DNA of 64,000 nucleotides from Reclinomonas americana ATCC 50394 (Eukaryota): NCBI GenBank assembly GCA_048213135.1, contig PS015010.1, positions 1 to 64,000 of the forward strand, read 5' to 3'. Shown piece by piece: positions 58,018 to 64,000 of this stretch (position 1 is its first letter; each line of letters starts with the position of its first letter). The notes under the pieces were generated by a model. It saw only the letters and a program-made list of their open reading frames with translations, ran no database searches and was not told where the DNA came from. The position numbers and the translations under genes were made by a program.

Positions 58018-59523
58018 ATGCCTTTATTACTTTTGCTGGCTGTTTTTGTGATCGCCACGTGCGGACTGATCTATGAGCTGGTGGCGGGCACACTGGCTAG
58101 CTACCTGCTGGGTGATTCGGTTACGCAATTTTCCACCATCATTGGTGTTTACCTTTTTGCCATGGGTATTGGCTCCTTCCTGTCGAGGTACTTCAACAGG
58201 AACCTGCTGACCTGGTTCATCCGTATCGAGTTCCTTGTAGCATTGATCGGCGGTTTCAGTGCCGCACTGCTCTTCCTGGTTTTCCCGCTGGCCTCTTCTT
58301 TCCGCGTCATACTTTATGCCGTTGTTTTTCTGACAGGTACACTTGTCGGACTTGAAATACCGATACTGATGCGGATACTGAAAGATAAAGTGGAGTTCAG
58401 GGACCTGGTATCACAGGTATTTACTTTTGATTACATCGGGGCATTACTCGCCTCGCTTATTTTTCCATTGCTATTGGTGCCCTATATGGGACTGATAAGA
58501 ACATCCTTGTTTTTTGGCATATTGAACGCCCTTGTTGGTTTTTTTCTTTGTATCCGTTTTGAAAAAGAAATACTACGGCATAACCGCCTGAAACTGGCTG
58601 CGGTGCTGATCATCGTTTCCCAACTGGTGGCTTTTGTTTTTTCTGACCGGATCATGAACTACAGCGAAACACTGATGTTCAATGATAATATTGTTTATGC
58701 CACCTCGTCTCCCTACCAGCGCATCGTAATAACAAGAAATAAAAAGGAGCTCCGGCTTTTTCTTAATGGTAACCTGCAGTTTTCCTCAACGGATGAATAC
58801 CGTTATCACGAAGCACTTGTACATCCTGCTGCGGCAGCGGTAAAAGACCCCAAACAGGTACTAGTACTGGGCGGCGGCGATGGACTGGCTGTCCGGGAAT
58901 TATTGAAATATCCCTCTGTTGAACATATTACACTGGTTGATTTGGATGCGGCAATGACGCGGCTTTTCAAAAGCAACGATATGCTGCTTAAGATCAACCA
59001 TAACTCACTGACCGACGGTAAAGTGAATGTGATCAATGCCGATGCATTCGGATGGCTGAGGAATAACCGTCAGCCTTTTGACCTGATCATTATCGACTTC
59101 CCCGACCCTTCTAATTTTTCCGTAGGCAAATTGTATACGAATACTTTTTACCGTCTTGTATATGGCGCACTCGCCCCGCATGGCATTGCTGTCATTCAGT
59201 CCACTTCGCCATATGTAGCGCCGAAGAGTTACTGGTGTATTAATAAAACACTGGCGTCTGTTGGGTTTCACACCGTACCATATCATAATTATGTGCCGTC
59301 ATTCGGCGAGTGGGGATACACACTGGCGATGAAGGACAGCGTTTATCAAAAGCCGGCACAATTTCCGGCGGGGCTGAAATACCTCGATACCAAAACATTC
59401 GACCAGATGCTCAACTTTCCTGCAGACATGACCACGAAGGCCGACCTGCTGGTGAACAAACTCAACAACCAGGAACTGGTGCAGTATTTCGAGGAAGAAT
59501 GGAACGCCTACCTGCAGCAATAA
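58018..59523 (+). CDS. speE: Membrane-anchored polyamine aminopropyltransferase (spermidine synthase-like)
   Basis: N-terminal TM region (CGLIYEL); LNGNLQF, YHEALVHP, LGGGDG, VDLD, DFPDP, VPSFGEWG. Confidence 0.88.
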   Translation: MPLLLLLAVFVIATCGLIYELVAGTLASYLLGDSVTQFSTIIGVYLFAMGIGSFLSRYFNRNLLTWFIRIEFLVALIGGFSAALLFLVFPLASSFRVILYAVVFLTGTLVGLEIPILMRILKDKVEFRDLVSQVFTFDYIGALLASLIFPLLLVPYMGLIRTSLFFGILNALVGFFLCIRFEKEILRHNRLKLAAVLIIVSQLVAFVFSDRIMNYSETLMFNDNIVYATSSPYQRIVITRNKKELRLFLNGNLQFSSTDEYRYHEALVHPAAAAVKDPKQVLVLGGGDGLAVRELLKYPSVEHITLVDLDAAMTRLFKSNDMLLKINHNSLTDGKVNVINADAFGWLRNNRQPFDLIIIDFPDPSNFSVGKLYTNTFYRLVYGALAPHGIAVIQSTSPYVAPKSYWCINKTLASVGFHTVPYHNYVPSFGEWGYTLAMKDSVYQKPAQFPAGLKYLDTKTFDQMLNFPADMTTKADLLVNKLNNQELVQYFEEEWNAYLQQ

Positions 59524-59531
59524 CACCGATC

Positions 59532-61160
59532 ATGAACCGCAGAAAATTCATCAGGGATACATCATTACTTATCGGGGGAGCAGCCCTGGTACCGGGTTGT
59601 GCCGGCCCTGCTTCGCCTGTTAAGATGAAAGGTGGCATTGTGGGCGCCAATTCAGCAGCGGGGCACCTTTTCCGTGATGCCCAATGGATCAACAGCGATA
59701 ACCGGAGACAGGTGGATACACTCATCATCGGTGGCGGTATCAGCGGACTTTCCGCGGCACGCTGGCTGTTGATGAACGGGTACACTGATTTTCTGCTACT
59801 GGAACTGGACAAGGAAACAGGCGGCAATTCCACATCAGGTAAGAACGCGGTAAGCGCTTATCCCTGGGGTGCGCATTATGTACCCATTCCCAATAATGAT
59901 TGCAAAGCGTATATGACCTTCCTGGAAGAGGCGGGGGTGATCACCGGTTATGATGAAAAAGGACTGCCGGTGGTCAATGAATATTACCTCTGCTTTGAAC
60001 CGCAGGAACGCCTCTACATCAGCGGCCACTGGCAGGATGGACTGGTGCCTGATTTTGGTGTTGACGATAAGGGACGTAAAGAAATAAAGGATTTTTTCAG
60101 GCAGATGAATGTTTTCCGACTGGCGAAAGGAGAGGATGGAAAAGATGCTTTTAACATTCCTGTCGATTGGTCTTCTTCGGATAAGCAATACCGTGAGCTG
60201 GATCTTCTTACGATGAAGGAATGGCTGCAACAAAATAATTACCAATCACCTCACCTGCACTGGTATGTCAACTATTGCTGCCGCGATGATTTTGGCACTG
60301 ATTATAGTAAGACCTCGGCCTGGGCTGGCATACATTATTTTGCCGGCAGGAAAGGCGTTGCCTCCAATGCCCCCGCTCAATCGGTGATCACCTGGCCCGA
60401 AGGAAATGCCTGGCTGGCCCGGGAACTGAGAAAGACGACTGAGAAAAACATACAGGTCAACACAGCGGCGCTTAAACTGCGATCAACGGCTTCCGGTGTT
60501 GAGGTATGTACCATGAATACGAATACGAAACAAGTGGAGATCATCGAAGCCCGGCAATGCATTGTGGCTATACCTCAATTCGCCGCTGCCAGCCTGCTTG
60601 ATTATCCTGCGGAAAAGAAACAATTTATCCGCGACAATTTTATTCATTACCCGTGGATGGTGGCAAACCTGACCATAGAACAACTGTCGGAACGTGGAGG
60701 AGCAGGACTGAGCTGGGATAACGTGATCTATAATGCCGGGGGACTGGGTTATGTGGAGGCCACGCACCAGCAGGTAGAGAGAGGTGCTAAACAATCGGTG
60801 GTTACTTATTATTACCCGCTTACCCAGTCTGACGCAACTGAAGAGAGGCAGATGGCTTTTCGCAGGAGTTATGATGACTGGATCAGTTTGATCAGAACCG
60901 ACCTAGACAATGCGCATGCGAATTTTGATAAGGCCGTTAAGCAGGCGGATGTTTGGGTTTGGGGGCACGGTATGATCAGCCCGCAACCCGGTTTCATACA
61001 TGGCGAAATCAAACGGAAGATGCAGGAACCTGTTGACAATAAGATTTTCTTTGCACATACGGATCTCAGCGGCATCTCTATTTTTGAAGAAGCTTTTTAC
61101 CAGGGCATCGGCGCAGCACAGCAGGTATTAAAAAAGCAAACTATAAATCAGCATGCGTAA
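59532..61160 (+). CDS. Tat-exported FAD-dependent oxidoreductase (amine-oxidase-like), possible lipoprotein
   Basis: MNRRKF twin-Arg signal with Cys; GGGISGL, GGNS, WGAHY, WGHGM, SIFEEAFYQG. Confidence 0.82.
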   Translation: MNRRKFIRDTSLLIGGAALVPGCAGPASPVKMKGGIVGANSAAGHLFRDAQWINSDNRRQVDTLIIGGGISGLSAARWLLMNGYTDFLLLELDKETGGNSTSGKNAVSAYPWGAHYVPIPNNDCKAYMTFLEEAGVITGYDEKGLPVVNEYYLCFEPQERLYISGHWQDGLVPDFGVDDKGRKEIKDFFRQMNVFRLAKGEDGKDAFNIPVDWSSSDKQYRELDLLTMKEWLQQNNYQSPHLHWYVNYCCRDDFGTDYSKTSAWAGIHYFAGRKGVASNAPAQSVITWPEGNAWLARELRKTTEKNIQVNTAALKLRSTASGVEVCTMNTNTKQVEIIEARQCIVAIPQFAAASLLDYPAEKKQFIRDNFIHYPWMVANLTIEQLSERGGAGLSWDNVIYNAGGLGYVEATHQQVERGAKQSVVTYYYPLTQSDATEERQMAFRRSYDDWISLIRTDLDNAHANFDKAVKQADVWVWGHGMISPQPGFIHGEIKRKMQEPVDNKIFFAHTDLSGISIFEEAFYQGIGAAQQVLKKQTINQHA

Positions 61161-62232
61161 CACACAACCCTGGATCGGTAATAAGTATACAGATATCCTG
61201 TTTGTACTGTTACCTCCTTTCGCGTCGCTGTTGCTCATTTTCATTTTTCCTTCCCTGTTCAGGGATGCCAATGCCATGCCCGATTACTGGTGGGTGGTGC
61301 TGATCCTGCTGATTGATGTGGCGCATGTATACAGCACCCTGTACCGGACTTATTTCGATAAAGAAACATTCCGGCAGCAAAGGAACCGGTTGATCGCGAT
61401 ACCACTGGTTGCGTTTGTCACAGGTGTAATGCTGTATTATGCAGGCCCGCTTATCTTCTGGAAAATACTGGCTTACCTGGCTGTCTATCATTTTGTAAGA
61501 CAGCAGTATGGTTTCATGCGTATCTATGCAAGGAAAGAAAAGAGCAGTATCATAACAAGAAGGATCGACGCCGTTACTATATATGCCGCTACACTTTATC
61601 CTATCCTGTTCTGGCATTTTTCACCGGGCAGGAATTTTAACTGGTTCGTGGAAGGCGACTTCTTCTCTTTCAGTAGCAGCAGTATAGTACTTCTCGTTTT
61701 GGGGATTATTTACCTGCTTATCCTGATTGCTTATGTAATTAAAGAAACCGTAGAGATAATACGGACCGGGTATTTTAATGTGCCGAAGAATATGGTGGTG
61801 TTGGGAACAGTACTGTCCTGGTATTTCGGGATTGTTTACTTTAATGGCGATCTTGCTTTTACGGTATTGAATGTGGTGAGCCACGGTATTCCTTATATGG
61901 CACTGATCTGGATGTATGGAAAAAAGACACGTGCCCATGGCCGCTATGAAAAAAATAAACTGCTGAAACTGACATTCAGTAAGTATGGTATCGTGATCTT
62001 CCTGCTGCTGATCTTTGTATTTGCCTATGTGGAAGAAGGTCTGTGGGATACTACTTTATGGAAAGAACACCAGGAAGTATTCTCCGCTTTTCATTTTTCT
62101 GATGTCCGCCCGGGCGATGCCCTGCTCTCCCTGCTTGTTCCGTTGCTGGCCCTGCCACAGATCACCCATTATGTCATTGACGCCTATATCTGGCGGGTGC
62201 GAAAGGATGAATTGAAATGGAGTGACAAATAA
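61153..62232 (+). CDS. Multi-pass membrane protein with conserved His motifs
   Basis: DVAHVYST, YHFVRQQYG, SHGIPY, THYVIDA.IW. Confidence 0.7.
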   Translation: MRNTQPWIGNKYTDILFVLLPPFASLLLIFIFPSLFRDANAMPDYWWVVLILLIDVAHVYSTLYRTYFDKETFRQQRNRLIAIPLVAFVTGVMLYYAGPLIFWKILAYLAVYHFVRQQYGFMRIYARKEKSSIITRRIDAVTIYAATLYPILFWHFSPGRNFNWFVEGDFFSFSSSSIVLLVLGIIYLLILIAYVIKETVEIIRTGYFNVPKNMVVLGTVLSWYFGIVYFNGDLAFTVLNVVSHGIPYMALIWMYGKKTRAHGRYEKNKLLKLTFSKYGIVIFLLLIFVFAYVEEGLWDTTLWKEHQEVFSAFHFSDVRPGDALLSLLVPLLALPQITHYVIDAYIWRVRKDELKWSDK

Positions 62233-62250
62233 CGACCATTCTTTTCCGCC

Positions 62251-62293
62251 AAAATAAAACCGCAAAGTTGATGAGCTTTGCGGTTTTTATTTT
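62251..62293. terminator. Bidirectional terminator
   Basis: AAAACCGCAAAG / CTTTGCGGTTTT between convergent genes. Confidence 0.85.
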
Positions 62294-62308
62294 CAATTCC
62301 TTACTTCT

Positions 62309-64000
62309 TTATTCAACATTCACCCTTATCCCTTCGCTGTGGCTGCTGAATTCAGGAGCGTACATGCACTGTATGCTGCTGATGCCATTGCTGAAGTTTC
62401 CTTTATGGGTAACAAACACAGGGTATTCAAAAACATAGGTGCCACGGGGCAACCAGCTGAAAAAGAAATTGGTGCTGGCGTCTTTGGTGCTTTCGTAGTA
62501 ACCCAGTCCGCCCTGCCATTTATACTCGCTGAGTATGTTCACCGGTTCCATGCAGGCAGCACGCATATCTTTCATATGTACATATTCCATGTCGCGGTCA
62601 ACACGCAGTTCAATGCGTACTTTCACTTTGTCACCTACTTTCAGCTGGGCGCCGTCACCAACAGGTGTCAGTACCGGGCCTTTGTCGCTGTTTTTCTCCA
62701 CGAACAATTTTTTGCTCAGTTTGAGTGGTGTTTCTGCTGCGGTGATCTTATCCAGGTCCTCAAAATACTGCCAGTACACGGCGCCCCATGAAGTGGTGCC
62801 GGGCAAAGCGGTTTTCCCGGAAAGCGGTTGAACCGATACACTGATATTGCCCATCGTGGGTTTCACCTGTTCGCCTTTGATACTTTTCTTGAAATATCCT
62901 GTACCCGCTTCAACGGTATTCTCATCTCCTTTGATGATGGTGCCACCGAGGTTTACGGTAACGGTCTTTTCTTCCGCCAGCCAGTTGCTGCCACCTAACA
63001 GGAAGGCGTAACAGGCTTCAGCTGTGGCTTTGGTGGTTTTCCAGTTCTGCGTCTGCTTTTGTTTCAGCAGCCAGGTCTTCATGTCATCTACTGTTGCGGT
63101 ATTTTTTTCAATGTCTGCAAAAGCTTCAATCATCATGGCCTGTGATTCAACAGGTGCCTGGTACCAGTAATAACCGCCGCCGCTGGCCCAATCTTTCCAG
63201 TACATGCCCATCTCTTCCTTGCTGATGGAGTTTTCCCGCAGTGATTTCAGGATGTTTTTTGGTGTTTGTGCATCGCCGCCCCTGTGCAGGGCAAGAGCGA
63301 TCATGGCCTGCATATACTTGCTTTGGCTGAGCCAGTATTTTTTGGCCTGCCCGGTGTAATAATTGTAAGCCGTAGTTGCGGAAGCTTCAACTTTATACTC
63401 GCTGAAGAAACTGCGCATATACAGGTACTGGATAGCGGTATAACTGAGGTGGTTGTCCGCCAGTTTGGATTTGTACTTAATTAAGTTATCGTACTCTTCT
63501 TTTATTTTTTTGTCGAGATAAGGAACGCCTTTATCTACCACGCTCTTCACCTGTGTATACCTGTCGCCGGTCAGTGCATTCAGTTTGCGCAGGTGACCAA
63601 TGCCGGTGATGATGTACTGTGTAATATAACGGTCGTCAGGCCCGCCGCGGAACCAGGTGAAACCGCCATTACTGCTTTGCATTTCCCGCAGCTTGTTGAA
63701 GGCTTTCATGGTTTCGTTACTCATCTTCACCATATCAAACAACAGGGCGATGTTTTTCTTTTGCTGGTTCTCATTCTGCGCAGCCAGTACCCAGGGTGTT
63801 TCTTCCAGCAGGGCTGATTTCAGTGCCTGGTTTTTTTCCAGGTTGCTTTGCAGCGCGGCGGTGTCCAGCGTTTTCCAGCGGTCGAATACAGCTTTGATCT
63901 TAGGTGTGCTGTTGCTGATGAAGGTTGCCAGTGTGTTGGCATAATACCTGTTGAAGGTCTGCTCGGCGCATTCATACGGGTATTCCATCAGGTAGGGCAG
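62309..64000 (-). CDS. Alpha-2-macroglobulin family protein, C-terminal part (truncated by window end)
   Basis: YPYECAEQ thioester motif, Q..NGGFTWF, W.TT..TA, GD.V.V...L, D.RAAC.EP, MYAPEF. Confidence 0.9.
   Translation of the reverse strand: MPYLMEYPYECAEQTFNRYYANTLATFISNSTPKIKAVFDRWKTLDTAALQSNLEKNQALKSALLEETPWVLAAQNENQQKKNIALLFDMVKMSNETMKAFNKLREMQSSNGGFTWFRGGPDDRYITQYIITGIGHLRKLNALTGDRYTQVKSVVDKGVPYLDKKIKEEYDNLIKYKSKLADNHLSYTAIQYLYMRSFFSEYKVEASATTAYNYYTGQAKKYWLSQSKYMQAMIALALHRGGDAQTPKNILKSLRENSISKEEMGMYWKDWASGGGYYWYQAPVESQAMMIEAFADIEKNTATVDDMKTWLLKQKQTQNWKTTKATAEACYAFLLGGSNWLAEEKTVTVNLGGTIIKGDENTVEAGTGYFKKSIKGEQVKPTMGNISVSVQPLSGKTALPGTTSWGAVYWQYFEDLDKITAAETPLKLSKKLFVEKNSDKGPVLTPVGDGAQLKVGDKVKVRIELRVDRDMEYVHMKDMRAACMEPVNILSEYKWQGGLGYYESTKDASTNFFFSWLPRGTYVFEYPVFVTHKGNFSNGISSIQCMYAPEFSSHSEGIRVNVE

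Overview
Bacteroidota DNA, probably Chitinophagaceae-like (T9SS C-terminal sorting domains, TAnnTTTG promoters). It is a scaffold with one N gap at 5836-5855. Layout: (1) 1-9.4 kb holds AT-rich T9SS cargo genes (including a DUF285/BspA-type repeat protein and a near-duplicate C-terminus), an esterase and a DUF1624-type membrane protein. (2) 10.0-31.5 kb is a tightly packed, co-oriented accessory cluster of 10 genes, none with an evident signal peptide. It encodes a ComEC-type metallo-beta-lactamase, a 1539-aa DUF6603-like beta-rich protein, three large hypothetical proteins, a FISUMP-tipped protein, a GT2-TPR glycosyltransferase, two paralogous polyglycine proteins, and a class II cholesterol oxidase. 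The N-terminus of the oxidase resembles the cholesterol-binding domain 4 of cholesterol-dependent cytolysins (GTTL motif). This cluster is the best candidate for an undescribed system. (3) 31.6-55.2 kb is mostly housekeeping: a SAM-I riboswitch-controlled methionine operon, a SecA-fragment-like protein, uvrA, elaA, truncated globin, rarA, an ABC exporter, GT4 pair and aspS. (4) 55.3-62.2 kb is a speD-DUF4178-DUF350-speE-flavoprotein polyamine operon, followed by the 3' part of an alpha-2-macroglobulin. No rRNA, tRNA, CRISPR array or transposase was recognised. All family assignments come from motif recognition by eye, not from database searches.
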